Below are positions 28,100-41,335 of a stretch of DNA of 64,000 nt, in pieces. The DNA is taken from the NCBI RefSeq assembly GCF_006345805.1, contig NC_043003.1, forward strand, positions 35,464,001-35,528,000, in the 5' to 3' direction. The stretch comes from Octopus sinensis. Taxonomy: Eukaryota. Under the pieces are notes generated by a model, which was given only the letters and a program-made list of their open reading frames with translations, did no database searches and was not told where the DNA came from. The position numbers and the translations under genes were made by a program. Each line of letters starts with the position of its first letter. Positions within the stretch are counted from its first letter, which is position 1.

Positions 28100-28555
28100 A
28101 AGAGGTCCTGAATAGAAGTAGTACCCTTGTTGTTTGGAAGCCACACCTTGCCAGGAATAGTTAGATTGGCAGGCAGCACTGTCCTCATTCCAATCGCAAT
28201 CATTTCCCTTAGAGCTCCTAGCACCACACCATAGCTGGAGAGCTAAAACGAGTGAGGCAATGGTGTTAACACTACACCATTGTATGAAAGACTCAATGTA
28301 AGACCCCATAGGAAGTCGTAGCCTAGGGCAGGGGAACCTGCTCAGGTCAACGCTCAAGTGCTCGAAGTCAGAGCGTGTCTGAAGTGGAGGTTAACATTTA
28401 TAGGAACGGAGCTGCCAATTTAACTTGCCCACGATACATTGTTGCCCGTGTTAATATCAAAGAGTGGACAGGTCTCAATTTCGCCGACTCACTGAAGGAA
28501 ACAAAAGACTGAGGTACGAGGTGAGACCTGGTTGCGACGTCATCAATGAATGCTT
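28100..28555 (+). mobile_element. RTE-derived bipartite/non-autonomous remnant
   Basis: The 3' part encodes RVNIKEWTGLNFADSLKETKD*..DLVATSS, an RTE C-terminus pattern (NIKEWTGL...DR..WR..V). The upstream part is non-coding and contains a gctaaaac motif shared with 30615. Confidence 0.5.
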
Positions 28556-28789
28556 CAACGAGAACACGGACAAGGTACAGCAAGGAAGGAAGGAAGAAAG
28601 GCAGGAAGGAGGGAAGGAAGAAGGAAAGAAAGAAACAAAGAACGAAAGTAAAACGGGAATTGGAATGATAAGTATGTGTGTTTGTATCGTTACATTCACA
28701 TACATAGATATATGACGTTTGAGGATAAATGGAATTGTAAAGAAGTAGACAATTTTAGCCTTGCAGTGAAATATTAAGAAAGAACTTAC

Positions 28790-28852
28790 ACCATAAATTC
28801 TCTGCTTCCGTGGCTCTAAGGTACTCCATCCATCGGACAAATTTCAGGTCAT
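28790..28852 (-). CDS. Candidate 63-nt coding exon of an unidentified host gene
   Basis: Minus strand tattttTAG|atgacc...ttatggt|GTAAGT. Symmetric phase 1-1 with a single open frame, DDLKFVRWMEYLRATEAENLW, in non-repetitive sequence. Confidence 0.5.
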
Positions 28853-28995
28853 CTAAAAATACCTAGTTCAGAAAGAATGACCGACAAATTCTGACAGCTA
28901 TTTATTTTCCAGTTATTAAAAAAGGCATATGCCTTTTATATATTTTATAAAATATAATATATATATATATATAATATATATATATATTATATATA

Positions 28996-29130
28996 GTAAA
29001 TCCAAAACAACGAAGAATAAACACCAAAAAACAATAATAGGAATGGTACCTTAAGTATTAGCGACACTCAGGGAAGGAAAGCCAGAGAAAAGGAATATGA
29101 GGAAAAAACGTTGCCAACGATACACATGCA
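28996..29130 (-). mobile_element. Hammerhead-family repeat copy with the ribozyme segment deleted
   Basis: The reverse complement matches both flanks of 47562-47768 (gtgtatcgttggc... / ttccctgagtgtc.ctaatact...tttggatt) but lacks the CTGAnGA..GAAA block. Confidence 0.6.
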
Positions 29131-29178
29131 TATATTTCCATATAGATATATAATATATATATATATATTATATATATC

Positions 29179-29225
<47 letters not shown>

Positions 29226-29334
29226 ATATATCGTGTTTGTGTGGTGTGTGTGTGTGGGAAGTATATATATATATATGTTCATAAATACATATATATTATA
29301 CACACTTCATATAGCATATATATATATATATATA

Positions 29335-29368
<34 letters not shown>

Positions 29369-29379
29369 CACTTTCAAAA

Positions 29380-29570
29380 TGTAACCACATGTGAATTGTT
29401 GGCGATTTTTTCCTACGTCTTCCTTTTGTATTGGACTTTCCTCTGTTTCTGAAGAAGATCTTTGCTCGAAACAATAAACCATCTTTCTTTTCTTCCCTGT
29501 GCGTCTGCTAATACTTTGCATGTACCACGTCCTCACGCTGTTGTTTTTGTGCTCGTTCTTGGTTTTTTGT
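29380..29570 (+). mobile_element. Hammerhead-family repeat with a decayed ribozyme (29445-29479)
   Basis: gttt CTGAAGA a gatc-ttt-gctc GAAA caat aaac. Colinear with 47562-47768. Confidence 0.7.
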
Positions 29571-29765
29571 TTGGTGGGGGGGGGGCAGGATTTAAAGCAC
29601 ACACACATATATGTATATATAATTTTATGATGAAGAACATTTTAGTTCCGGTTTCAACTTTGCGACTTTTTCAACATGTAAAGCATGCAAAACAATTAAA
29701 TTATGGAAAATTTAAAGAAAATGTTTTTTGAAATATTTTCATACTTTTCAAATACAAGGGAACTT

Positions 29766-29865
29766 NNNNNNNNNNNNNNNNNNNNNNNNNNNNNNNNNNN
29801 NNNNNNNNNNNNNNNNNNNNNNNNNNNNNNNNNNNNNNNNNNNNNNNNNNNNNNNNNNNNNNNNN
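29766..29865. other. Assembly gap (100 N)
   Basis: Exactly 100 N, typical of a scaffolding join of unknown size. Confidence 0.99.
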
Positions 29866-29910
29866 TACTACCTACAAGCGAGCCTTCACATGAGTAAACG
29901 AAAGAGAGAG

Positions 29911-29956
<46 letters not shown>

Positions 29957-30283
29957 AGAAAAAAGGGAAAGGTCCTTTGTATTTTAAAACTATGAAAACC
30001 CACCATTGGGCCTTCACAAGTGTAAAAGAGACAGACAGAAAAAAAGAAAATTTCCCTTGTATTTAAAAGAACATTTCATTTAATTTTTCCACAATTTAAT
30101 GGTCTTTCATGCTCTACTGTAGGTTGTAAAAGTCACAAAGTCTTAAACCAGTACTAAAATGTTCTTCGTGATAAAATTATTTTAGCATTTTATACATCGT
30201 CTTATTTTCCTTATACATATGAACTCGTGTGCTACTTTTCTACCTTCTACGTACATTCATACATGCATACATACATACATACA

Positions 30284-30317
<34 letters not shown>

Positions 30318-30350
30318 CACATACATACATACGCATATATATATATATAT

Positions 30351-30635
30351 ATCACTTTGACTTTGACCGACCAGTCCGTCAGGCGTCCATTTGACACCGC
30401 TGGTCACAGCACGCTGTCCACTCTTCTTGCATGGTCGGGACGTCGGCGACTAAACTGACAACCCCACCAGGTTCGCTTGGTGAGGAGGGTGCTGTTGGTC
30501 TCCCTGTGGGATGGAAAAATAAGACCCAACAAAGGGCGGATGAACTCCTGAAGAGTCAACGGCCATCCAACATACCGGCCTGCCCGTCCAGCCAGTGGGA
30601 TGGCGTCATCTTATGGCTAAAACAGCACGAAGAAC
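30351..30635. mobile_element. RTE-derived element whose two halves are in opposite orientation
   Basis: Minus strand 30430-30351 encodes QEEWTACCDQRCQMDA* plus a (gtcaaa) tail. Plus strand 30590-30623 agccagtgggatggcgtcatcttatggctaaaac matches the middle body of the SINE at 46975-47260. Confidence 0.55.
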
Positions 30636-30655
30636 GAAGATATATTATATATATA

Positions 30656-30693
<38 letters not shown>

Positions 30694-31149
30694 TATATGA
30701 TGGACTCTCCTGTTGTTAGACGACGTATGAGGGTTCGACAATTTCGACCGTACGGACGTGTTTTTTCCGCTTGTGACTTCTGCCATTAGTGTATCTAAAT
30801 TGTGTAATTCTCTGTGAAAGTTTTGTGCTGTTGACTCTGAACCTGCTTAGCAGGGGAAGCACCGATTTTAAAAATTCCTTTTAAGGGGTGAATAGAAATA
30901 TTTTTACAATTAGTTCTTTTGTAATTTATTTACACATTTTCGCAATTATGGCTTCCAGCCAAAACAGACAACGCTCCCAATATCAACAGACTCAACGAGA
31001 TGTACCAATAAATGATCCCAGCTCTTCCCTGTCGCAAACAGAAGGAAGTGAACACAGAAAATACCCAGAAATATGTATTAAATTCTACAAGGGACACCCA
31101 AATGTACAACAAGGAACAAGAATTTACTGACAATGAAAATGAATTGAGC

Positions 31150-31860
31150 TATCAAAACAGTCCCATCGTTAACTACCAGAAATCACTGGCCTGGCAGTGT
31201 CACCGAGGAGCTCTACCTGTTCGCAATAAACTCTTTAGACACAGATGTGCAGACATACGGACATGTCCGAGATGCGATCACAGCAACAAAACTGTTCCGC
31301 ACACTATCGTTCACTATCCGTTGATTCCAGATCTACGGGTTGACGTAGAATACCCACTGTCGCGTCTGGAAGGAGCACAGTTGTCAAGTGAATATATCAT
31401 CAAGATTGTCCCACCTCATTCCCTTAGCCGGGGAAGGCAGGAAGCCTTTTTCTCTGCTTGGTGACTATAGTGAAAGAGGTCTTATGGTTGATGAAAGTGA
31501 AAGCAATTAAGACAGGCAACTTTCTCGCTGGCCAATGCTTATTAAATTAATTTTCTTAACATCTCAAAAGAAAAATAAGGTTAGAGGGAGAGAGATGTTA
31601 CCGCCGCGTCTGTTCAGGACTAGATGAAAGCAAGTAGCGTGTTCGTTGAGTATAAATGTGGCCGACTTGAACGTACAACTATAGTCTCCTGTGTGAGAGC
31701 AGTTCGCGGTTTTTCATTTCCTTGTCTTATCATTATGCCATATGTAATTTATATTTTGTTATTACTTTTCATATTGTTCTTCCATCCGCCCATCCACCCC
31801 TAAGTGTTCTTGTCTGTCCTATATTGTCCCTCTATGTCGGCACAAGTAGCTAACAAGGAA
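31150..31860 (+). mobile_element. Tx1/L1-like LINE 3' fragment with CCHC zinc-knuckle region
   Basis: SLAWQCHRGALPVRNKLFRH...TCPRCDHSNKTVPH, then VKEVLW and HLKRKIRLE, followed by a 3' UTR. Confidence 0.75.
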
Positions 31861-31919
31861 TCAAATTTCTTACCGAACAACCACACAAATGATTTTTTTT
31901 ATAGATGTTGACATAAGCT

Positions 31920-32100
31920 GACTCTCACCATCAGATCTATATTACATGTACAGGTGCAACGGGTGCCACATGTCAGATGTGGAAAAGATCGCAGAGCAAC
32001 GTAAAATGAAGTGTTTTGCTCAACGCAGCGCCCAGTCTGGGAATGGAACCCACAATCTCGCAATCGTCAGCGCAACACCCTAACCACTAAGCTATGCGAC
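31920..32100 (-). mobile_element. tRNA-derived SINE (family E)
   Basis: Minus-strand head TAGCTTAGTGGttagggtg...GGTTCCATTCCC, then ttgagcaaaacacttcattttacgttgctc. Confidence 0.75.
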
Positions 32101-32140
<40 letters not shown>

Positions 32141-32156
32141 GTGTAGATAGAGATAT

Positions 32157-32369
32157 AAACTTACTTGGAAATGGATGTGTGGCGTTCAATCATATAATAA
32201 TATAAATAATATATATATATATATGTGTGTGTGTGTTTGTGTGTGTGTTTGCGTGTGTGTGTGTGCATGTATATATAGTATATATACATATATACATGCA
32301 TATATACATACATGCATATATACATACATATATATATAATATATATATATATTATATATATAATATATA

Positions 32370-32449
<80 letters not shown>

Positions 32450-32780
32450 ATATAATATATATATAGTAAATGCTTATATGGGTACAGGATGTCACAAATC
32501 GTAAACAACATGAACTACGAAATACGAAAACAACATAAAATATGGAGACAAACTTGGGTATGCAAGCAAAGGGACAAACAAATGGAAAGCAAGACAAGTA
32601 ACACAAAGAACGACCCTTCAACGGTTGTCGGCTGACCATCGACTCCTCGTTTCGAACATTTAATGACAATGTGAGGCTTCGAAAGGTAGTTGCTTCCACG
32701 AACCAAAATAAAATTTGGGATATACGGAGGGTCAAATTTGGTAGCAAAAACAGGACAGTGAAGACATGCAACAAACCAAA
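32157..32780 (-). mobile_element. Penelope-like terminal repeat, homologous to 55301-55720
   Basis: Shares tacttggaaatgga.g.gtgg.gttc.atcatataat, atgggtaca, acaaagaac..cccttca and taaaatttgggat with 55301-55720. Interrupted by (TA)n. Confidence 0.6.
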
Positions 32781-33248
32781 TATATATAATGATTTGTAAC
32801 TGTAAGAACTAGGGATCTAAGTGTAGACAGTTAATAGCCTTCGAGCAGAACATAGAAGGTATAAAAATCAACTTTCAAGAACAATAGTAGTTCATTGGCG
32901 TAGAAGGTTGTAGGTTTTGGCCATTTCTAATTTCGTTAAGATGTTATGTTATAGTTCACGGTTTGCAACTGGGTTTGCTATGCATGCGAATAAAAATCTA
33001 ATTTGAGAGAATGGAGCAGGTCAATTCCAGGCTATATTTGCTTCCTATCTAGCCGAACATCGGAAATAATAATTACTCGATGAGGGATACTCCACTAGCT
33101 ACTCATCAGGTCGAAGATAACTGAGTTAAATGAAGGTTACGGTTACATTGTCGTCAAGGGATACCGAGTTAACTCGCAAGAAATGTATATATATATATAT
33201 ATATATATATGTAGAAGGTTGAAAATGAACACACGAGTTGTTTTTTCC

Positions 33249-33288
<40 letters not shown>

Positions 33289-34162
33289 ACATACGTATAT
33301 GCATACTTATATAAATATATAACCATCAATATATATAAGTGTGTGTGTGTGGTGTGTGTGTGTGTCATTTGAGGAATCAGATAATCAGATTAAATGTAAT
33401 ACTGATTTGAAAGAGAGCACAACATAATATTAAGAGAGAAATAATAGCCACACAATAGTTCAAAATTGACGTTTACCCGTTCTTTATTTACAAAACTAAA
33501 ATGGAGTTTAACTTGCCAAAAAACAACTGAAAAACTAACAAATATTAGCTATAAAATTAATATTCCAATATGAAAATTAATATTCGAATTTCCATTTCTG
33601 TATGAATATTCCAAACATTATTGTTTCAGACCATTTTCTTATCATTGAGAAGCTTGGATTTAAGACATAATTAGAAAGAGAATATTGAAATTAGTTTTCA
33701 GCTTATGAAAAGAATTACATACGAATTTAGACTTCCCGATTTCTTCCCCTCTTTCGTAGTGTTTGTTGACTTGTTTCTCTCTGTATATGCCTCATCCTTT
33801 CGTATCCAACGCTCTTATTTCATCCTTTTAATCATCGCAATTCTCTCTCTCAATCTCTCTCTTCCCCCTATCTCTTTCTTTCTCTCTCTCTCTCTATCTC
33901 TCTTCCATTTGTTTCTTTCCTGCTTCATTCTACCTTACCTTAATTATGTCCAATAAAATTCCTATTCCTTCACATTCTCTCGATACATACACAAACACAC
34001 ACTCGTGCACGCACAAATGTACAATCATACATACAAATATATATCTGTATGTATATATATTTATATATATATATATTATATATATATATGCATACATATA
34101 ATATACATGTATATAAATATATATACAGATTTATGTATATCTATATATATATGTATATATGC

Positions 34163-34241
<79 letters not shown>

Positions 34242-34257
34242 ATATATATATACATAA

Positions 34258-34347
<90 letters not shown>

Positions 34348-34399
34348 ATAGAGCAAAATTTAAGATATCAACGCCAGAGAAAAAGTTTGTTTAAACAAC

Positions 34400-35711
34400 T
34401 GTTATGATACTTCACCGCCCGCAGATCGATATTTTATCAATGTTAACCAGCCATTGAATTCCACACAGTAACAAAATCTTACCCGCCAACCCATCTCTTC
34501 TTTCCGCTTCGCCAATACTAATACTACCGTCTTCATCCTAATCATCATTTTCATCATTACTAACAACCCTAGCAGCAGCAGCAGCTGTAGCAGCAGCAGC
34601 CGTAGTAGTAGCAGGAAACTACAATATGACCACAAACACAATGAACAACAACAAAATACAAAAAAATCAACAAAAAACAATATTTCTAACAATGATAGTG
34701 ACAATATCATGACCGCTAGTTCCATCACAACAAACACTAACATTGACATTGCACCCGCTAATACTAGAACTGTAAGGATCACCACCTCTCCATCGTCACC
34801 ACTGTCACAAACAGTATTAAAACTACCATAACGATCACCACCGATGTCACCACTATCATCATTACCACGAACACCATCAGCACCACATACACCGTCAATA
34901 CCACCAACATCAACACCAACACCATCCATTAACCTCGTCAACATTACAAACGCCAGCACCATCACCAGCACTACCATCCCCAAACCAGCAGACTACTGTC
35001 AACACCACCAACATCAGGACCACCAAAGTACCACTGGCACCACCTACATTATCACCACCAACACCAACACCAACAACAACAACCCTACCACTGCTGCCAC
35101 CATCACGATCCATACTAACAAACGTATACCAACACTGCCTCTGCTTCTGCCACACCACCATAACCACTACCAACACGGTTATACAACCACCATTACTAAC
35201 ACAGTTACACAACCACCATTCTCACCACCTCAACCCATAAGAACCCAAGCACCAGCTTTCAAAACCACTCTCATTCCTAGCAAATAATATACGCCATCAC
35301 TACCAACACTACAAACATTAATACACCAGCACCACCGCCGCCACCGAAACCATCACCACCGCCGCCACCGAAACCATCACCACCACCACCAGACCTAGCA
35401 GCACAGTTGCACAACCAGCTCTGCCACCACCACCACAACAACCATTACTTCCACCACTAACACCACCACCACCATTGCTATTACGACCGCCGATACCAAT
35501 AACATCAACGTGACAACGACCACGACCAACAATAATAGCAACAACAATTAAAACAATAAAGTTGTAAAAATAAAAAAAAGCGCGTAACAACGAAAACAGA
35601 AACATGAAGACGATCAGAAATGTAGAGTATAGTCACAACAACCACGGGCAAAAACAATAGAGATACTAAAAACAACCACAACAACAACAACCAGAGCAAA
35701 ACGGTAGTGAA

Positions 35712-35804
<93 letters not shown>

Positions 35805-36619
35805 GATAATAATAGTAATAATAATAATAATAATAATAACAACAACAGCAGCAACAACAAGAACAACAGCAAACAGAGCAATAGCTACGACGACGACGAC
35901 GACGACGGAGCTGTAACAATAAGAATCGCAGCAGTCACAACACCAAAAATAATAGCCACTTGAATAGAATTGAGGCTGGCGTCGCCGCCGCCGCTGCTGC
36001 CGTCGCCGTCGTCGCCGCCATCATCGTTGTCATCATTATTATCGTGTTCATCACTACCACCATCATCACTATCACCTCCACCACCACCACCACCATCGCC
36101 ACCATCTTCATCACCGCCACCACCACCAGCACCATCATGAGCACCAGCACCATCACCACCATCACCAGCACCATCATTATCATCATAATTATCATCATCA
36201 ACAACGTCATTATCAAGAACAAGAGCAGCAGAGCAGGAACAACAATAACAATACCAACGATGAAATGTTGTTAACAACAATAGCATCAACACCAGTCACC
36301 AAGCTTCCTAATTATCGAAATCCATAACAACAGCATCGGCAAGACAAAACCAAAAACTATATTAGCAGCAGCAGCAGCAGCGGTAGCGGCAACAACAACA
36401 ACAACGACGACGACGACCACAGCAACAACAACATGAACAAAGCTACTACAACAATAAAGCAAACAACAAAAACAACTTCCACACCAACAATAATAGGAAC
36501 GTCAACAATATTGAAAGAAATATTAAAAAAATATATATAACTCTATGATATCAATTATCAATAGGAATGACAACAGCGTCAATAGCAACTTCACCAACAC
36601 TTCCACCACCACCACCACC

Positions 36620-36653
<34 letters not shown>

Positions 36654-36800
36654 TAGAGAATTCAATAACAATTGCAACAACAACAACAACAACGAAGACA
36701 TGATCAACAATATCAACAAGAAAAAGTTCAACAACAACAGTGAAAACAATAACAAGAGCGTTGCACTATATATTTGAACTGCTTTTAATTTTTCTACTGC
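34400..36800. repeat. 2.4-kb low-complexity mosaic of ACC/AAC/AAT/AGC triplet repeats
   Basis: The + strand is A/C-rich. It contains (AAT)n at 35712-35838, (CAC)n, and a 24-bp duplication at about 35329-35385. Confidence 0.85.
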
Positions 36801-37462
36801 AAACAATACTGACCTGCGCTAATGATAACAACATTCCGAAGTAGAAACTAGTCTTCTCACTTCGTAACTGTACTCTGAGCCGAGCACCAATCAATACTTC
36901 CATTGTCTTATATTATTAGAAAGAAACTAAACCAACTTTATCGGACACCATTTTATATTATATTATTATAATATATTATTTTATTAGTCTTTTATTATTT
37001 TTCATATATATTTTTGATTCTCTTTTAAACACATTGTGTTTCCTTGTTCTGCTCTCTCCATTATCAATGCTCCTTATTTCCGCAATATTCCTGTTTGCTT
37101 CATTCATTCTTTAACATTAATGCCTCTGTACACAACAACCATCCCGTAACACATACATACACCCCATTCTCGTGTTCACACATAGTTTTAGTTTGCTAAG
37201 CTTTCGTTATTAAAAGCGACACTGAAGAAATTATAAAGCTAAGCCGTGAAACGGCCTTTTCAATGAAAGGAAAATCAAGTCTTTCTTGTTGTCTTCTCTT
37301 CCCTTAGTGCATTAACAATATTCAGTTATGACGTATTTTAATGTTTATATATTTTTTTCATCCATCATCTTCCTTTATGCTAAATATATCGGTATCAGCA
37401 TAATTAGAACCTTTATTTGGAATATTCTGCATTATTGTTGTCAAAATCTTCATCATTATTAA

Positions 37463-37526
<64 letters not shown>

Positions 37527-37661
37527 GTTGTTGTTGTTATTATTGTTGTTGTAGCTGTAGCTGTAGTTGTTGCTGTTGTTATTGTTGTTGTTATTATTAT
37601 TTTTATTATTATTATATTTGTTGTTATTAATGTGTTCCTCTTCCTTAATAATAATAATAAT

Positions 37662-37720
<59 letters not shown>

Positions 37721-37734
37721 TAATAATAATACTT

Positions 37735-38400
37735 TATTGGGTACAAGGATTCATATAGAGGATGTGAAGCGTGTAATTCAAAAGGGGTTACAAAGCATAT
37801 AGGCATGTGTTTATGTATCATAAACGATGTTGGGCCAAAAGCATATTACATAAAAATGTCCTATGCAAAACATAAAATGCGTGAAATTCACCCGCACAGG
37901 TGTGAGAAACCAGCATAAGCTGCTAAGTCGAACTGAGACGCCACCATCGCCCTCTGGTTGTAAGTCCTCATCTGTCGTGAGCTATGAGTAGCATGGTCAT
38001 GAACAATCGTCTATGATACTGAGGTAACCGACACATACCACATCTCTTCTTTAATCAGATTCGTCTTGTTTTAGGACCAGCATGAAATCAAGAACACGAA
38101 GAATACTCCCTACTCATCATAAAATCCAGACACATTATAGCATAGGGCGTCTTTTCGAAAGGGAGTTCCAACCTTTTAAATTTTCTCTTGTTTTCCTCAC
38201 CCGTTTTTTTTTTTATTTTTGTTTGACCATCCTCAAAGTTTCTCACTCTACTTTAGTCACTGTACCTACTCATCGCCTCCAGACGATGGATTATGCTGCT
38301 GTTCCTGTCTTTGGCTGGTTGTCTGCTGGAACCGTTCTCTTAGTCTTCATCTACCACGGAGACCATGGCATGAAAAATCAGTTCATTTAATTCCTTGCGT
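37735..38400 (-). mobile_element. Possible decayed L1/Tx1-like LINE 3' end with an AATAAA and (TTA)n tail
   Basis: The minus strand ends ccttgtacccAATAAAgta(TTA)n. An AA*SIVWRR motif lies at about 38270-38300. Confidence 0.35.
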
Positions 38401-39338
38401 TCTAACTATAATGAGAACTGCGGCTAGACAAATTCTGAACACATCAGTAACACTAGCCAGAGACTACACCTCTGAAGTTTGTTTCTATTGGTGCTTATTC
38501 ATTGTTGGTGTCTACCAGCATCGTTTTATTATTTTCTTTCGATTTCAGGTGTTACTTACTGCTCCACGCGCAGCAACTAAACCGTCTAATCTACACTACT
38601 TGTGTGATAGTCATCCTCTCTTTTTCCTGGATTATACGTAACCCCGTTATAACAATAGAATCATTGTAGACATCAGAGTTTAGACATTATCCCCGATAAC
38701 ATATTTAGACATTCCTTCCTATTTAAACGTTCCTCCAGATGACATATTGATGGTCACCTACGGGGATACATAAATGGGTTTATTATGGAACAAGTATCGA
38801 CAAAGACTTTGGCTGTAATTATAAAATTCCAGTGACACAACTGTAGCAAAACAGAGAATAGGTGAGGAATATCTATATAGAAAGCTCTTCCTTGACAAAG
38901 ACTTTACCTTCTTGAATAAAATCTTGGGGTGAGAATAAAAACTGTTTTTCATTTTCTGTCAGTGCTCGAAGTCGAGTTCTATGTTTTCACGAAAGACATT
39001 TGGAACTAAATGGAGTATTTTGCTATCATTAATAGTATTGCTGTCTGAGGTGTTTAACAATACATTTTCCAATATTTTCCACAATATTCTCTTTGGTTCT
39101 TCAAGTGTACAAGTGGAGGTGCTGAAACTTGAACATCTATCTGGTTGTTACGATTCTCTCTTTTTATATACTTCATTTAAGTTTGGAAACATTTGAGGAT
39201 CGTGAATGCTTTTCGTTTTCTTAAGGCTTTGGCTACCGTATTTGTGGTTAGCACTCTGGGCTCGATGTAATCGACTGTACCCCACAAAAAATATTCAGGC
39301 CTTATGCCTATATTCGAAAGGATTATAATAATAATAAT

Positions 39339-39389
<51 letters not shown>

Positions 39390-39427
39390 TATTATTATTA
39401 TTATTATTATTACTATTATTATTATTA

Positions 39428-39482
<55 letters not shown>

Positions 39483-40099
39483 TCAAGTGTTGTTGTTGCG
39501 TTCGTTTTTGTTTGTACTGTTAATTTTATTATATTTTTATCATAATTATCATTATAATTATTTCGTTTTACCTGAATGGACTTGTTTGCTTCATTTTTCC
39601 AATATCTTTGGATTTTAGGTTTTATTGCAAGTAAAAAGAAAAATTCTTTGAAATATTTTACCAAAAGAATGCTTTGGAACATCTGTGGTGCCCACCTTAT
39701 TGTAAATACTGTGTGCTTTGGAACATTTTACGTTTTAATATTTGTAAACATTTAGCTTACTCACAATTTAACATGGATTCCTGTTTGGGAGTTGCAGGAA
39801 AAAAAATCACCACAATGGAGGTTGCACTATCATAAACAAACACGCCTACCGTTACAAACATGTGACAATATTAACACAAATTCTAATAATGAAAAGCAGC
39901 TGAAACAAAACTCATAAGCTCCAACTGGTAAACACACACAGGAGAAAAAATATTATGATTGCCAACAAACAACATTGACTCTCTCGGCCCTAATACACGG
40001 AACGAAAATAAATATAAGAAAACAACAGCAGCGACATTAGTGGCATCATGCATGGTATTGCTTGCAGGCAAACGGCAAATTTGGATTGAAGCTAAGCCC

Positions 40100-40579
40100 G
40101 GTCATAGAAACAATTTGGACAAAGTTGGTGTTGTATAACAAGTCACTCCTATTTACTCTTGAACTTTGTGAAGCAGTATGTACAGAGAAATTATGCGAAC
40201 TTTTCTCTCATATAGTCTGAGGAGGAGATGAATGTCTGTTGCATGTTTCTAAAAAGAAGAGAAAAAATATATAGTATAAACTATCTATGTCTACCCCCAT
40301 GTTGAAATAGTATGACTCTCGCCTTACATAGACTTGCGTCGTAGAAAATGTGGAAAATAACTCAGTAAGTGACATTGCTAGCAATACCAACCCGTGATAG
40401 GCATTAATCCTGTGAATTTCAAGCGCAAGAACATAACAAAACCAACTCTGTACGCAATCGACACAATTTCCGCTCAAAGCTATAAAACATAACACATTTT
40501 ACTCAACTCAAACTCTACCCAGATCTGGAACTCGTATGACATAGCACATCTTGAATACAGAAAACAGAAGGAATACATG

Positions 40580-40661
<82 letters not shown>

Positions 40662-41335
40662 CCAATTTCAGGCCCCTACCAAAAGGTTTCTTCAAACACA
40701 TCTGGAACAGGTGTGTGACTTTCATAGTGGAGGAAAAACATAATGTATAAGTATTGAAAGAAGCAAAGCAGTAATGATGGTTTTAATGTCTAGTACAAGG
40801 CCAGCAGTTTCGGATGAGATGGGCGGTCGATTATATTGACCCAATGTTCAACCGATTCCTGTTTTTTATTGACCCCGAATGGATGTAAGGCAAAATCGAT
40901 CTCGACAAAGGTGGAAATGAGAATGAAACACCGCCAAGCATTTTCCCCAGCGTGCTAATGTTCCTCTCAGCTGGCCGGCTTAATATTGTTTCAAAATTTT
41001 GGTACAAGGGTAGTGATTTCAGAGGAAGAACAAGGATAAAGGTACTTCCCGAGTCATACAGACTCATACGGCCGGTTCCCAGGGTTCTCTAGCGTATATA
41101 ACCCCACTACTTCCCGGCCGAGGCATCGATCTGACGCAAGATTACACATTTTTCCCAGTTGAGTTGACGTCCACCAAGAGATCGCCGGACAATTCTGGCA
41201 TATGAAGATAAAGCTCGATGGGCAAACCCTCTAGCCCCAGTGACCTCCCTTGTGCAGCTCGTCATCGCAAACCGTATGTCTTCGGTTGTAATTAAATTTT
41301 GCAGAACTCCGTATCCCCGAACGTTGATGATCATG
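40100..41335 (+). repeat. Tandem segmental duplication, copy 1 (about 1.2 kb)
   Basis: 40100-40425 matches 41476-41788 and 40430-41335 matches 44355-45645. Many exact 20-40 bp blocks, e.g. cgacacaatttccgctcaaagctataaaacataacacattttactcaac. Confidence 0.92.
40795..40982 (-). mobile_element. SINE family C, old copy
   Basis: The reverse complement resembles 44787-45110 (ttagcacgc.ggg.aaatgctt, tcga.tttgcctt.catcc.ttcggggtc). Confidence 0.65.

Noticed and set aside
34844-35287. Mucin-like Thr/Pro-rich ORF
   Set aside because: It lies inside a triplet-repeat mosaic with overlapping ORFs on both strands and no recognisable domain.
37218-37265. CTGAAGA...GAAACGGCC hammerhead-like string
   Set aside because: Stem II and stem I do not pair, so it is at most a heavily decayed relic.
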